A program made the translations under genes and the position numbers. Below the pieces are notes generated by a model. That model saw nothing but the letters and a program-made list of their open reading frames with translations. It was not told where the DNA came from and searched no databases. From Acanthaster planci (taxonomy: Eukaryota), in NCBI RefSeq assembly GCF_001949145.1, contig NW_019091362.1, positions 2,654,204 to 2,718,203 of the forward strand: a stretch of 64,000 nucleotides of DNA. The letters are read 5' to 3'. How positions within the stretch are numbered: the first letter of the stretch is position 1; each line of letters opens with the position of its first letter. This document shows positions 23,500 to 38,300 of this stretch, piece after piece.

Positions 23500-25180
23500 T
23501 CTAGGAACAGATGATATTGAACTTGCTTGGAGTGTATTTAACAATATTTTTCTGAACATACTTAACTTCCCATAAAGGAAACAAAGTTTAAACAAACAGA
23601 ACCTTGGATGGATGATGAGATATTGACAAGTATTTGTGCCAGAAATAGGCTATTTTCAGAATTTAGAAAATCTCGAGATGCCGATAGGTTCTCAGAGTTT
23701 AAAAGGGCAAGAATCTCTAACTATGCACGGTACATCAGTATTTGATAAGTACAAAATCACTGAGGCTTTTAATATTTTTTTACAACAGTGGCAACTAAAG
23801 TCGTCTCAAAAATTCAAACTGGAAGTGGCCACTTTTGCCTTTCATTTGTTACTCAGTTTTATGCCAATAAGGGTATAGTTCCTGATGCATTTAGCTTGAG
23901 TTCTGTCAGTGAGGAATATAAACTTAAATGACTGCATAGTTTTAATTGTTTAAAATCGACAGGTTTGGACAACATTCCAGCAAAATTCTTGAGAGATGCA
24001 GCTGATGCCATTGCCTCTCCTTTGATGCATATTGTTAATTTGTCTCTGCATTTAGGTAAATTTCCAAACGACTTGAAGCATGCCAGAGTGGTTCCTGTTC
24101 ATAAAAAGAAAAGCACAGACGAACCAGGAAATTACCGCCCGGTTTCGGTACTTAGTGTTGAGTCCAAGGTACTGGAGAAGGTTGTGCACGATCAGTTATT
24201 TCCATACCTTCAGAGTAATCAACTGATATTTCAGTATCAGTCAGGTTTTTGGAAATCTTTTTCGACCGAGTCGCGCCTAGTGACCATGTGAGAATCGAGT
24301 TGGACAAAGGTAACTATTCTGGCATGCTGCTTTTGGACTTGGAAAAAGCATTTGATACCGTCAACCATAATATTTTGCTGGGGAAACTAAAAGCTGCTGG
24401 TTTAACAGCTCCGCTGTCTCGTGGTTCTCCTCACACTTGTCGGACAGAAAGCATTCTCAGGTACTGAATCTAGCCTACAAGCTGTCTCCTGTGGTGTGCC
24501 GCAGGGAGCTGTTCATGGACCCCTGTTGTTTTTAATTTATGTTAACGACCTGGAGACAGCTGTAAACTGTAGATTATTAATGTACGCTGATGATGCTGCT
24601 CTCATTGTATCAGGGAACAATATAAGTGTAATTGAACAAAGGTTGACTAAAGAATTAAAATCTACTAGTGACTGGATGGCAGATAACAAATTATCATTGA
24701 ATCTTGGTAAAAGCGAAAGTATCTAGTTTGGTCAAAAGCATCGATCGAAAACTTGCAGTGACTTGAATATTTTGTGTAACGGGTAGTGCAATCAAATCCA
24801 AATCTACTCTTAAGTATTTAGGTGCTGAACTCGACCAGACACTAAGTGGTGAAACAATGGCTGCCAAGGTGACAAGCAAGGTCAATGGAAGACTAACATT
24901 TTTGTACCGCAACACCACATATTTTGATCATTCTACTAGGAAAAATTTGGCCTCAGTACTGGCTCAGTGTCATTATGATTACTGTTCATCATTCTGGTAT
25001 GAACTATGATAGTTTGACTAAACGCACAAAAACTAAATTACAGACATCCCAAAACAAGCTGGTAAGATTTGTCCTTAACCTGAAGACTAGGACTCACTTA
25101 ACAGCGGATGTTCCAAGCAGATTGGCTGGCTCCCAGTACAGAGCAGAATTGATCAACTGAAGTTATGTTACATGTTTAGT
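23500..25180 (+). mobile_element. Decayed, 5'-truncated non-LTR retrotransposon (CR1/L2 group) reverse transcriptase, antisense to EAAT; boundaries approximate
   Basis: Frameshifted fragments: GLDNIPAKFLRD, PGNYRPVSVLS, QYQSGF, DLEKAFDTVNH, GVPQG..GPLLFLIYVND, YADD, YLGAELD. Confidence 0.92.
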
Positions 25181-28100
25181 AGTAAAACATAGTACTCAGC
25201 CCTTTCGCTTGTAAGAGGACATGACATTATTATTATCTGAAGCCATAAAATACAATAGAGAAGATTATGTACCATACAGTGCTGTGGCACTATGAATGCC
25301 TGGTTTCATTGTTCTCTGTACGAGTAACAATGGAATAAACCTAGCCAGAAGTAGTAATTTGTAGCGCTAGGTCCTTTAGGCTCAGAGTGTTACATAGTAT
25401 TTTGTAGTACTGAGTACTCTAAGCCAAGCAACGCCCGGTACTGTTAAGGTTAATCTAAGTAAATACGCCCACTTAGAAACATTTTTCTCCAAGACCAGCT
25501 GAAAGTGCATTGTGGTTACACTTTGCAAGAGTTGCGCAAATGTGCAATTAAATGTGGATAGGAAGCACTTCTACTCAATGAGTGTTCTGTAAACCCCTTG
25601 ACACACTTAACCACAGATCCCTTGATTGGTCCTGAAAATCTTCCAAGTTACTATGCCCTGAAATGACCCAACTCAGTTGTATACCTTGGTTCCAAGGTTC
25701 GATAGAGTTCAAAGGGAAGAGGAACGAGATTCACATCAATATTACAGGTGTTCCTCTGAATACAATTGACATGTAGGTGTACATATACCTCCCAGTTAGG
25801 AGGCCAGGGTAACACCGAAGGTTGCAAAGCCCGGGGTTCTGTCTGGGCCAGAGAAATCCATTCATCAGTCCACAATCAAACTGAACCGCACAGCACGTCA
25901 GTCCAAATGGCAATGCACTTCTCTTGTATACGCCTGCCCGGACTCACTCTATATCACACATGTACTAATCAGATAAACTTTGGGACAAGTAAATTTATCA
26001 CTAACTTCAACACTGTATGTGAATATGTGCATTTACGTGTACATAAGGAATTCTGGCGGCTTGACTTCTGTACACATGCCGATAGGATGGCAATATACAT
26101 GTACATGTGTATATGTGAATGCAACCAATGTAAACAGTATACAATAACACATTGTTGACATCTAGGAAGACTTAACACAAGAATGAAAGAATAACACAGT
26201 TGGTGGGCTGGAAAAGGCAAAGGCAGGCAACTTTGAAAAGGCTGAAGACACCCCAACCCCTCCCTGTCCCACTGACATCTTTTGATAATTATAGATTCCC
26301 TACAGTCCATGCACAGCTGTAGGGTCATACATTCATACAGGTGTCATGTGCCTGAACTCTCCAAAAAAACTGTCCAGACCCCTGACACTGGAAAGAAAGC
26401 ACTCTGTTTCTGTCCCCCCTGAATAACTAAGCTCTCATGCTATCAATGCAAAGTACACAGCAGGGCAACATCTTAGGCATGAAGCATGTTGGGAAATTCC
26501 TACATGTATGGTACATGTACATCACCTACTTGAACATCAGCAAGCGGCAGATACTGCAATCAAGCACACCATCCCGTAACCAATTACAAACTATTAGAGC
26601 GTGTACCACAACATACTGGTAGCCTTACCTCGTTGGCACATACACAAACACAAAGGGGTCATGAATGTGTTCGACCCCAGAAGGAGCAGATGCGCGCACA
26701 CGTGGGAAGCCTTTTCATCTGCTGGCTGCTGTGTTCACTCAATCAGGACTTATCTGATTACTGGGGTTTTCCTCCACAAACAGCCTAGGCAGGGACATTC
26801 CTGAGTTTATTTATTTGGACAACTGTCCCACATACCCTTGGGATCCCCAACACTAAGGAAATACCTGTAGCAGTCCTCCACGAACATCTCAGTCAGCACC
26901 TCCGAGTTCAATTACTTACAAGAACACAGAGCCCTCTGACATTTGGAGAAGACTACATATAATAACCTCCGAAATACTATATCAGGAAATATGGAAGCAT
27001 CTTTATGGGACCGTTCTGGTTTTAAATGAAAGCTATCCAAAAATGGTTGTAATGTCTATTTTCTTTGGGAGTGACAATACAAGTCAAACTACATGTACCA
27101 TACTAGGACTTACCCAAGTAGTCCTTTCCAATGAATGGCATAAGTGGGGCAGTTTCATAGTTCACATTATTCTTTTCCTCTTTTTAACATCTTTGAAATT
27201 AGTCGTTTTTGTCTCACTTTGTATTCTGTTATTGGTAGATTTGCTTTTAAAAAGATTCACATACCAAATGAAAATCCTCTAAAATTGAGAAACTTGAAAG
27301 ACTTTGTTACAAATTTGGACGGGCGCACATCACCTTACTGTTCAACAGGTCATTTTGAGAACAACTTCAACTTTACAGCTTTAAAATGTTTTGTGCTTGA
27401 ATGCATTGTTTACATGTAACAGGCATACATGGTATTTAAGCTTTAATTCAAATGAATTTTAATGAATTTTTGCTAAATATGTAACTTCATAAATATATTT
27501 ATATCGCATAGCACAAACTGGAACCACAGGAAAAGTCAAATATTTTGCTTTTTTTGAAAAAGTTGAATTCAATCATTGTTATCATCCCTCCATTTATTAA
27601 GGACACTTGTCACACTCCACAAAAGTTCCCACGTGTATTGTCTGTTCTCATGGTGCTGGCCAGAGAGATATCAGCATTGCCCTGGTGAGCTGAAGCAGTG
27701 ATATCGCAAACCGAAAGCAAATTGTTTGGAAGTTGTGCCCTAACAAAAATGATCGATGTACACGTATCTTTCTTATCAGCCATTTGCCGAGAGGTATTAA
27801 AGGTGGAATTCGTGCAATAAACAGGTCAGTTGTCACGATCAGGAGTGAACTCATGACAATACAGAAATCAAATGATGGTAGCGAAGGTCCATTTGCTGTA
27901 CAGATCAAAGGTATGCAAAACTTGATAAAATCTAATTAGCGAGAACATGTTTCAACAATAACCTGAGAGAAGTACAGGGAAGAACACTTGAACATGCATG
28001 GCCTTTTTCTTATGCTTCTTGCGACCCGATCAACCCTACCATGCCACCCCACACCATTTGTCCGCTTTCACCACTGGTGCTCGGACTTTACCAGAAATGT

Positions 28101-28184
28101 TCAGCTCATCAACAGTGCAACAGACAGGAGTAGAACAGCAAGTCTGCCCCCAGCCATTCGGGCTCTTCAGCTTCAGGTCAGTGT

Positions 28185-28435
28185 TTATCTCAGGTTTTCT
28201 TGGCATGAAACAACCGAAAATAATTCTACCCCCCCTCCCCCATGGGATGCCAGTCCAGCACAGGTTGCTCCCCCTAACGCTGCTACCCACTTGTACTCCT
28301 AGGTGCACAGAAGTAAGTGGAAGGGGTGAAGTGACTTGGTCAGGGGCCACAACTTACATACATGTATGGCCAGCAGCTAGATTCGAAACGTTGACCCTCT
28401 GACCATAGAGCAAGGACTTGCTCTATGCTCTGACT
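28185..28435 (-). mobile_element. tRNA-derived SINE, degenerate
   Basis: Plus strand shows the reverse of a SINE body (gggatgccagtcca..cagg, tacccacttgtactcctaggtg, aagtgacttggtcagggg-cacaac) and a B-box-like gattcgaa at 28380; recognised by resemblance to common invertebrate SINEs. Confidence 0.6.
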
Positions 28436-31400
28436 AAGTACGATGGTATGCATAGCCTCCAAGAGCCCACAGTACAGAGCACACACATTCTATCCTCAAA
28501 GTATGATGAGGAACCAGTTCTAAATTGTTCTGCTAACTGTTTCTCCTTCCTGCCCACATCAACTTTGCTCTTGAACAAACATTCTCTAAGCAACTTGTAG
28601 CTACAGGATGGGATGGGTGTGGTAACAGTGTGCCAACTAAACACACCTAGCGCAGACCCACAAACAAAAAGGTCCCAATAATGCAGGTTGTGTGAACCTC
28701 GTGTGGACTAAGCCAGGTCCACGCAAGGTTTATACATGGACATGTATGCCCTTTCTGGAAAACAGTTTCAGAGACATTTGAGGGTTAGGACTGTAAGTCT
28801 TTTGCAAAATGCGAACAGCTGGTCAAGGAAATGATTAACAAAGCGCAGCTTTAGGGAGTTTTCACAGTACAAGAAAAATGAGTACTTTCAAGGAGTTTTC
28901 TGAACTACACAAAAACAAAGTAATGTCCACACTGGGTACATGTAGGTAAGGTAAATATCGGTACAGACTGTAGGCCAATAGCCTTTATGTCTCACATGCA
29001 TTGCAGCACTACCACAGACCTCCTCTATATCATTCAATATTCATCCAACCATGAAAAACTACAAAAAATCCCAACAACTTGTGAAACTCTTATGCACAAT
29101 GGTACATTTGTAACAGACAATAGATCTCCTCAAAAGTTCACACAATGCACTGTTGTGGAAGGGGGCTTCATTACTCCACAGCGAATGATCCTTTGTGTAT
29201 TGAAAGCGAATCGTTTATAATAACACATGCCTCCATGATCTTGCTAAACTTGAACGCAGGAGACAACGGAAACTGGCTTGTACAGTTCCCCCCCATCACA
29301 GTCCAATGAGAAGAAAAATATAATGCACTCTGTACAAATTTAAGTTTCATAAAACAACCAGCAGTTCTGCTACTCCTGGGAGTGGTGGTTAAAAGTTTTC
29401 ACAGGGTATTTTTGGTAATTCAGGAAGAACACTGAAGATATAAGTTTTGTGCCTGTGGATATCAAAAGAGGGGGGGGCTAAAATATCCAACCACACAATG
29501 TCACAGCCCTAGCCTAGTTCAAGACAGTTTGCACAAATCTGAAATAACGCACTGAGATGCAGCTTTCCAAACATTTCATTATGAAAATGCTGTGCATGTA
29601 TCCATTCCAGTGTTTGATGAGAGAAAAACAGACGATGTGTTCCAATATTTGATTAGCTCAGCCCCTGAAGTTTTACCTGCTTGACTATGGAAGAGTTGAC
29701 CAAACCACGGCAGTTTACTCAAATGCACTTGTAATTCACATCCAATTTGAATTGATATGGGTGTTATTTAATTTGAAGCTTTCTATCTCTCTTTTTGCCT
29801 GGTTGCAGTGTGCAATAAATCCATGATCTCTACAATGAATCCCTGCTTCCTAAACAAGGAGCCAATGACAAAAGCACACGCGTGACCCTGTGGTACCCAC
29901 TGCTCCAATTCACATTCAGCCAAAACTAACTCTTGCATCCAACAACATTGTGTGCCCCACACAGTAAACAAAAATGCTAAATGAAACAAACATTTCCCAG
30001 TGTTTGGAGGCAGCTACCCACTGTCCCTTTGGCACATAAATGCTTCTGCTCTGTTGGAAAGATCTAAACCGATACAGTTGGGCACTGTTAGCAATGATGT
30101 CACTCCAATGTAAATGCATATTTCAATCGGCTTGATCTACACTACCACATGCCTGCCAATGCACTGCAGCAAGACCTGTGGTCCTCTGTATCAACACATC
30201 TCCAAACAAATATTGCCATTGAAACTTTCAAAAAGTTCGTCCAGAGAGAAGCGACAACAAGAAATTCCATTTCCTTCTCCTTAACTAACCTGTGACATAC
30301 ATTCTTTTAAATATTTTGAAGATTTCCCGTGAACAACGAGGTACAGGGGCATTGGTTTTTTTTTCACACGGGACTTAATGCCCTTTCAAAGGTCCAAACA
30401 AAGAATGTGCCACTTGTTTACACATGTCACTCTTGACATCATCGGTCAAAATTACTTAAACAGATTTAAATATAATGAAAAATTACGATCACGACAAATG
30501 CCCCGTTGAACTGAAGAAGGTTCCACACGCATTTAAATTTTAACCTGCTCATGTACAATACTAAAGGGAATGTGACAGAGCAAACACCTCTGAGTTGCTG
30601 AAATGGATGTCAAACCTGAATCCTACCTGCCTATCTGCAAGAGTTGCCAGTCTGTCAGTCAATGGCTTCATCAACTAACGTATATATACATGTATGACCA
30701 GAGACTGATCAGCATGAGCCACGCACCACCAGAGATAATGGGTGAGAGGTGCTTGGATTTTGCATCAGAGGCTGAAGATGCACTGACCGAAAATAAACTG
30801 CACGCCCACACTATGGGTACATTATCACCTATTTGTAAACTACCAGAGTGGTTTTTTTTTTTTTTTCCTTTTGTGTCCTTACTAAACCATGATAAAAATT
30901 GTATCCTTTGATCTCAAACCCAAAACATTCATTATAGTGAGACACAATCAATCTTTTCATGCACTTAAATTGCTACAGTTGGCTAACTTCAAACTAATGG
31001 CATGGTCCAACTTCCCTGTGCAATTGCCACAGACTGGAATGATTTTGTGGGAAACAATCTTCCTGTTACACTACTATTTTACAAATACTAGGAATTCAGC
31101 ATTGCAGAAATGAATAATTTGCAAGCACAAGTGACTTGATGGGCCAAGCCAGGCCAAGGTTTGTTTCTCACTGTGACAGAAAGCTACCCAGCAGTGGACA
31201 GCAACAGTGCCACAAATATAAAATGCTGAGTACAAGTTTGAAACAATTTAATAAATCACAACTCTAAAAAAATTCTACTTTTGTGGGGAAAAAAATCAGC
31301 ATTTCTGAGATATCTTCTACTCACCTTTGATACAGTATTAGCAAACGGTTCTAAAAACCAAACGTACCAAAAATGTGTACAGCTACAGTGCAATTCTAAA

Positions 31401-34400
31401 TTGCTAGCAATGACAACTTGGCACTCATGATATGTTGAGCACACGCAGACAAGTGGATTTTGTTCATGTAGAACTCCTACAATAATTGGTTCCGGCACTG
31501 AATGCTTCCATGTGAGTGGCTTGTATATGTTTGTAAAAGTAGAGAGGTGAAGCAGACGCATATACATGTATATAGCAGGTCTGGTGTGATTCTTATCGGT
31601 GTTTTGACCTCACGTCACCTTAAACTCCTCCAGTACCCATGAGAAAAGCAAATATAGACCCATCAACTGCAGCAAATGTACATGGACCAATTGTTTGCAC
31701 AACGGCCAATTTATAACTCATCTGTTCGCACTGAAACACGGCCAACCACGTGAATGCAGCGCCGATGCTTGGAACGCTCGAAACGAAACAAACTTGGGGG
31801 GGGGTGAAAACATTGTCCAACCAGGGAAGAAAACTTGGGATTTGGAGCAAAAAGGGCACATGCATCGTGATATGTGGCATTCTTGCTGGAGGAGGAAGCA
31901 ACTGAGTGTAAAAAGGCACCATGTATCAATGCTCAGCCCATTCTGTATCTGCATTTCATAGTGTCTGGAGGAAACCCAAGGAGGGTATGGGCAATTAACA
32001 ACATGTACATGTCAACCACTTTGGAAACGAATAAATACTTACACCAAAAGTATTTGGTTGATTTGGGGGAGACCCTCTCACATATGGTTGGGGTTGGATT
32101 TCACTTCTCACCCCAAATATCTTACCTGTCCCTCACCAATCTTGTCTGAAACCTTGGCATGAACGTGCGCACGCTGGACATTTCATGCATCTAGGTTTCC
32201 TACATGTATTTGCACGAAATGACTGTCCACTGCTATAGAACGATTCACATCATCGGCGAGATGTCGCTACTTTCTGCAAGCCATGTAAATGATGCAAATT
32301 ACGGCAAGACTTTGCTTAGTTTGCACCGATCTGCATGCAACAGCCAGCCGATGCAGCCTACCGCGGTATTTCAAATGGTTTCGAAAGCAAAAGAAAACTT
32401 CTCTCCATCCACCAAAGAAAAATCCAAACAATTAAATCAGTTACTTAACCGGAGGGCTGGATTAGGCCCCACATTGTTGCACTTCAGGCTGGTCTCCTTT
32501 CATGACGCCCCACATACCTACATGGGCGTACATATACATGTACAACTGCAAAGATATCTTGTACATATGAACAACCCATGGGGAAAATTGTTCAGTGCTG
32601 CTTTGATTGTGTTACCTAGTCTCTATGCTTGTTTGCTTAGTTTCTAACAACTATTATTCCCAACACTTCCAAAAATAACCAGTGTCCTTCAAACAGCAAG
32701 GCCTGACTAGCATGTGTACATGTACATGTACGTCAAATTTGCTTTGCTGCATATTTCATTGCCTAGTCTTTAAACAGCATATTACTTTCAAGAGCAAAAT
32801 TGTTACTGCCTCAGTGAGCACATAATACAGCTAAAACATCCCTTTCCTCCATGTGTTCTAACCTCAAACAGGGGAATTACAGTTGAAAACTTACTTAACA
32901 GAAAAAAAGTGAACAAAAGCAAAGTGTTGATAACAAAAGGCCTACCACTTCTGTCTGTATTCTGCAATTCAGCACCATACAATTCCGACTATTTTAGAAA
33001 CACGTCCAGAAACCCCATTTGGGAAAACTCACTCGACCAGGATTTGCATAGGACTAGCCCCAAACGCCAGAGGCAAGCAAATGTAAAAAAATACACACAC
33101 TCCCAACAGGGGTCTGTCTGCATCAATAAAGCCCACCACAGGAACCCACCCACCACCCAAATTGCATTTCCCATCGGAACCGGCCAATGTATGGTGCATG
33201 TAGGGGGGGAGGGGGAAGTAGAAGAGGAAGAAGAAAAAAGACGGGATTTTAGACATTCCTCTCACCCCATGATAAATCTCTTCCTTTTCTGAGTACCTCT
33301 TCCCAGGGACCAGCACCTTTTTTTTTATATTCTATGTAACTATTATTTTCTTATCCCATGCTGGATTTAGACATAAAAGTGCAGGTTACTCCCGGAAATA
33401 ATCCAATAAGCTTGAGCAACTTGAGGTATTAGGCCATTGTGTCATTTCCCCGATGTCCTATTTTTATTTCCAAAATATGTGGTCCTGGACCTCTAAAGAT
33501 GTATGCATTGTGCATTCCTTGATCATTTCCTGATTGGCGGGATAAAAAGAAGGAAATTGGATTGTGACTGGCCAATGAGATGCACCTTTCCAAACTTTCT
33601 GCCACAGTTTACAGATCTATCAACAAATACGTGGCTTCCAAAGGTGACAACATTCTCTAATTCAAAAATACATAAACGCTACGGTGGACACATTTACCTC
33701 TGGGAGTACGTGTATGGTATTTCATACTGAGGAATTTGAGAAAACAGGAGTTGATAGCCTAATTACTGATACATAGTCCAGATGAAATTCACTTCTGCAG
33801 ACAAACAGACTGCTTTTTGTTGGGAGGAGGGTTAAAGGCACTGTAGGGCATGTTTTCTCATCTCTGTTTAAATTAGGCTCCAAACATTATTAATAACTAA
33901 GCTACCTGTAGTGTGCAATTTCAATGCGACATTGAGACTCTGATTTAAGCCTTCTCTACATGTAGGTACCCCCCAAAGATTCCAAATAACTCATATACAC
34001 GTAACTACCACAAATAGAATCTTTCAGTGCCCACATTTTTCAAGGGTTAATCTTTTTATGTCAATTTGGAGGCTTGATTCCACCTGTTGTTTTAACATTT
34101 TCCAAGGGTGATATTGATGATGTGGTAACAGGGCATGGTGTATGAAGCACTCAGTGCACACCCATCACTTGGCAATGATGTTGTTGTGGAACGCACTTCT
34201 CTACCTGGCTCTAGAATTACAAGAATAACAAGCTCACAGTTTGTGCCCCACCGTGTGCACCAGCAGGAACAAATGCATTTACACCAAAAATAGTGATTCC
34301 TGCAGACACTTTAGCAACCCTGGATACATCTTACTCCTACACTACCAAAAAAGTGTGTAGTCTAGACACTGTGAACACAGGTACTGTAATAAGCCATTTG

Positions 34401-35077
34401 CGAGTTGCACTGAGTTATCTGACTGCACATAAACATAACGATTTGAATTCCCCTGACTAAAGACACTGTTGCTACACCTTGTGATTAGGGGCAAGCTTTT
34501 GCATAGTGACCACCATCTCTGGAAGGGACTGGTTCCTTTGTGCCCTTCTTTTCCGTTGAGAACGATGTATTGTTGCAAGGCGTCTCTTATGTAACTGAGC
34601 AAAAGCTTGCCCCGAATCATGAGGTATATAGCAACAGTAGTTTTAGTAAAGAGAATTCAAGTTGTTATGTTCACGTGATTTAAAGAGTTCAGTGCACCAG
34701 ATTTGGGTCAAAGTTAACTCGCAAAAGGCTTATTCTTACATCATGTAAAAGAATACAAATTCTATTATCAGAACTTGTCTTAAGCTGGGCTTCTACAACT
34801 TTAGGGGGAGGACCCCAATGAAGTAAGTTTCGGAAACTGTCCAGACGATTCAAAAATTTTCATAAAGTTTCAGAACCTGTTCCAAAGTCTCAGAGGATCT
34901 GTCAATCAAAATAACAAAGAAGGAATGACATGTATTTGTTGAGCAACACATTTTATGAACGAGGGGCGTACATCCTTTCATTAGGGAAACACTATTCAAA
35001 TTTTGTTTGAAGTTAATGGGCCAATATACTGTAACTTTGTTTATGTTGTTCCTGTGACTGTATGTATCCAATTTAAC

Positions 35078-35337
35078 CTGGGGCCAATTTCATAGAGCTG
35101 CTTAAGCACAAAATTTGCTTAAGCGGGAAAAAAATTTGCTTAATAAACAAATGTTACAAGCTCAGACTCTATCTGATTGTCATGCTAACCAAAAAACAAG
35201 CTAAATACAATCCCAAACCAAATCCCAAAACAATATACATCACATGGAATTTTGGTTGGTTACCTGATTTATCGAGTAAGATTTTTCGCGCATAAAGCAA
35301 ATTCTGTGCTTAAGCAGCTCTATGAAATTGGCCCCAG
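35078..35337. mobile_element. MITE with near-perfect TIRs of about 43 bp (GGGCC ends, PIF/Harbinger-like)
   Basis: ctggggccaatttcatagagctgcttaagcacaaaatttgctt ... aagcaaattctgtgcttaagcagctctatgaaattggccccag. Confidence 0.88.
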
Positions 35338-38300
35338 TTGACTTTTAGTTTTGCTGTGCCATTTTAAGGGCCATCTGGTGCCTTTTTCTAATGCTAATAC
35401 AAATTTGGTTATTAAAGAGAATGTTTCACTTTATGACAGCAGACTAGTGAGGAAATTCTCACAAACATTTTTATTGGGAAAATTGGGGTTAATAACTTAA
35501 AAACAAAAATGCTGTTCTTCTGTAATGACATCATAGCAAAAGTGTTGTCACTTGTCAGGAAAAGCATGGAAAATTTTACTTGTAAATGAGAAAAGAAACA
35601 AAAAAAGAGACATTTCTCACTTAATAAGACCGGAGAGATGCACAAAACACGTTCCTAAGTGCTTTTCACATTATGGCTGTAAAGCTAGGTTAGATCTTTC
35701 TCATAATTTCATACCAGTCACTAGAAAGTGCCCATTAAAATTCAGAAAAGTAGGTTAGGGGGGAGGAGCAACTGCTCCGCTTGCTGGAGGCCGGCCCTGC
35801 ACAACAATCAACCAAAACTTGCTGACTTGTTGCTTCAGACCCAAAAAAGGTGACAGACATCAAGGTTACAACGGGTCAGGAGGGCAGTGTGGAAATTACT
35901 GCTGCCGTGGGACCGGAACAACCCACCTGCCACTTTGTCTCCAAAAAATATCTACATGTACATGTACATGTATGTTGGTGCCTGTTTACGCTTAGAAATT
36001 TACTCTGGCGACAATACTGCTTTGGGCTTAGTCATGTTTGTACCAAAGAGACCTACTTGTTCAAACAGTGGCGTGGGCACAAAGGGAAAGGAAAGGGGGG
36101 AAATGATATTAACTCTTTGAGGAAATCTTGCAAGGGGGTGAGGGCATGTTGATGTTGGAGAAAATGAGTTAAAGTCACTGTCAAAGAATCCTTCAGTGCT
36201 TTTGAAATTTACAGCTCAATTTTGGAGAATACATGGTGTAAGTTCTTAGTCACAGAATGTTACCATTGTCAATCAGCAGTTTAACATGGGGAGAAAGACT
36301 GACAAGTTGTAACATGCGTTTTACCACAAAGAACCCCTTTGAAACTTGGGTGTCCAACTCAAATGAACACAAACTGGTTCACAACGTTACATGTAAATCA
36401 TGACAAATTTCAAAAACTGGTGTCCTCCTTCTACATTAAATCAAGTTAAATAACCCTTTAAGAATTTACCCTTGTTCATTTTGCACTAAACACCTGCAAT
36501 TTAATTTAGTCTTACAAAACAAAGAAAAAGAAAACTGCACAACTAATTTCCAATTAGTCCCTAAAAATTGACACATTTGACATCAGTATTCTACAGTCTC
36601 TTACACATCACAAAAACTCCCTAATACACCTCACAAAAATGGAAACATCAAAAAGTCATCCACAAAACTTGACACGAGCAGTCTGTTCAAACCTTGCCAG
36701 CCCTGTTCTTTGTGCACAACCTCTCCATTAACGTCCCTGAAATTCCTACACACATTGATTTTTGTGGACCCAATGTGAAGAAACCCCCCCCCAAAAAAAG
36801 AATGAAAAAAAAAAACCCTTGCAACATCAATACCTCCAGATACAGAAGTGTGCACCCCTGCGACTTTTTCAGTCTGATCTCCATAACTCGGCCTCTTATG
36901 AGTCTACAGTTGCCCCTGGGGGAATGCTGAGGTTGCTATAATGCAACCCAATGAGGGATATTGAATCAGTAAACGTTGCCGTGATTACAGTGAATTATAC
37001 TCCCATTAACGCTGCCACAGCGACAGAAATCAATTTTCCGGCCCCTGCCCTGTCTGTCTCTCCTTCAGCTCTTTCGCTAGGCCCCTCGCTCTTTTCCCTT
37101 GCCGCTCCTCGCACAGACAATGTATCTTGTTGGATTTTTTTTTTCGTCGATAGTTTGCCCTGGTCACTTGACGTTGCCATTCTTCAATTCAAACACTAAT
37201 CCCGCCAGTGGCCCGCTAAAAGGTATTCTATCTTCGCTTTAGGATGCTTTGATTTTAGCCCACACGGATAAAAATACTTGTTTGTTATGAGAGCAAAATT
37301 GCACAAACTGTCTTGTGGGTAACAGAGTTCTATGCGACCGAACATAACGTATAAATACTTGAGAGTGCGAACTATTATGGCAATGCCCTTCTTAAAACCA
37401 CGCTTGTCAAAGATGTCAACCCACCAATCCCGTTTCTTGCACATTTAGAAAAAAACACGGGTCCATCACTTTGCATCACTATCCACTCCAAGCGGGTACA
37501 AGGGAAGGAGTTTTTTACATGGAAACCACGGTCTTTTGGTGGGAACTCACTGCATGTAAATGCATGCAAAGATTTATGCACCACTGGTGCACGGCACTCT
37601 GAGCTTGCACAACCAATTTAATGCTGGAATTACAGATACCAGATGAATAAAAGGCGATGGAATGCATGATCTTCACCGGCGCATGCACAGCGTCGTTGAA
37701 AAACTTCCCATAAGCCTGTCTGTCCTTTGCTGGCAAGGGTGTACTTCAACTCCAGGTGCATACACTGAATGAAAATGAGCACACAGGGAACCAGACCATC
37801 TCATGTCAAAACTTGAATAAAAAGGAAAACAAAAGAACCCCCCCCAAAAAAAATCCCACCACTATGTTTTTCCAGAAAAAAGTAAAACAAAGACTAGTTC
37901 AAACTACACGTACCTATGATATTTGATTTTTCCCTTCATGCTCCATAATTTCCTTTGAAGATGACTCAAGGCAAAAATCATTGTTCACAACCTCCTTGAA
38001 TTACTGTGCTTTTGCAATTCCACCACAAAATGCTGACAACAAATTTTCTAGGAAAAAAACCATTATGCACAGATAATTTCCACTCTATTTTCATTTGCAG
38101 AACATCCTAGCTGAGTGCAGCTTTATTCCAAAACAGAGAAAAAAGGCAAATAAAAACAGAACTTTGCATTCGCTTGGCCGTAATGGAATAGGTACGAGTA
38201 CCTAAATAAACGACATGGGTACTGCAAATACATGTAATTGCTATCGATCTAACAACTCCTGGCTCTATACCACCAGGCCAGCGGAGGCTCATCACCTTCT

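Noticed and set aside
23965..24726. Reverse transcriptase as a possible retron, DGR or domesticated RT
   Set aside because: Ordinary CR1/L2-group LINE motifs with multiple stops and frameshifts; non-functional.
28378..28400. TTCGAAACGTTG as a hammerhead GAAAC box
   Set aside because: No upstream CTGANGA or helix II; better explained as the reversed B box of a SINE.
36951..37460. CpG-richer patch as the EAAT promoter or a coding exon
   Set aside because: No clear splice or core promoter signals and a low-complexity translation; cannot be distinguished from a repeat remnant.
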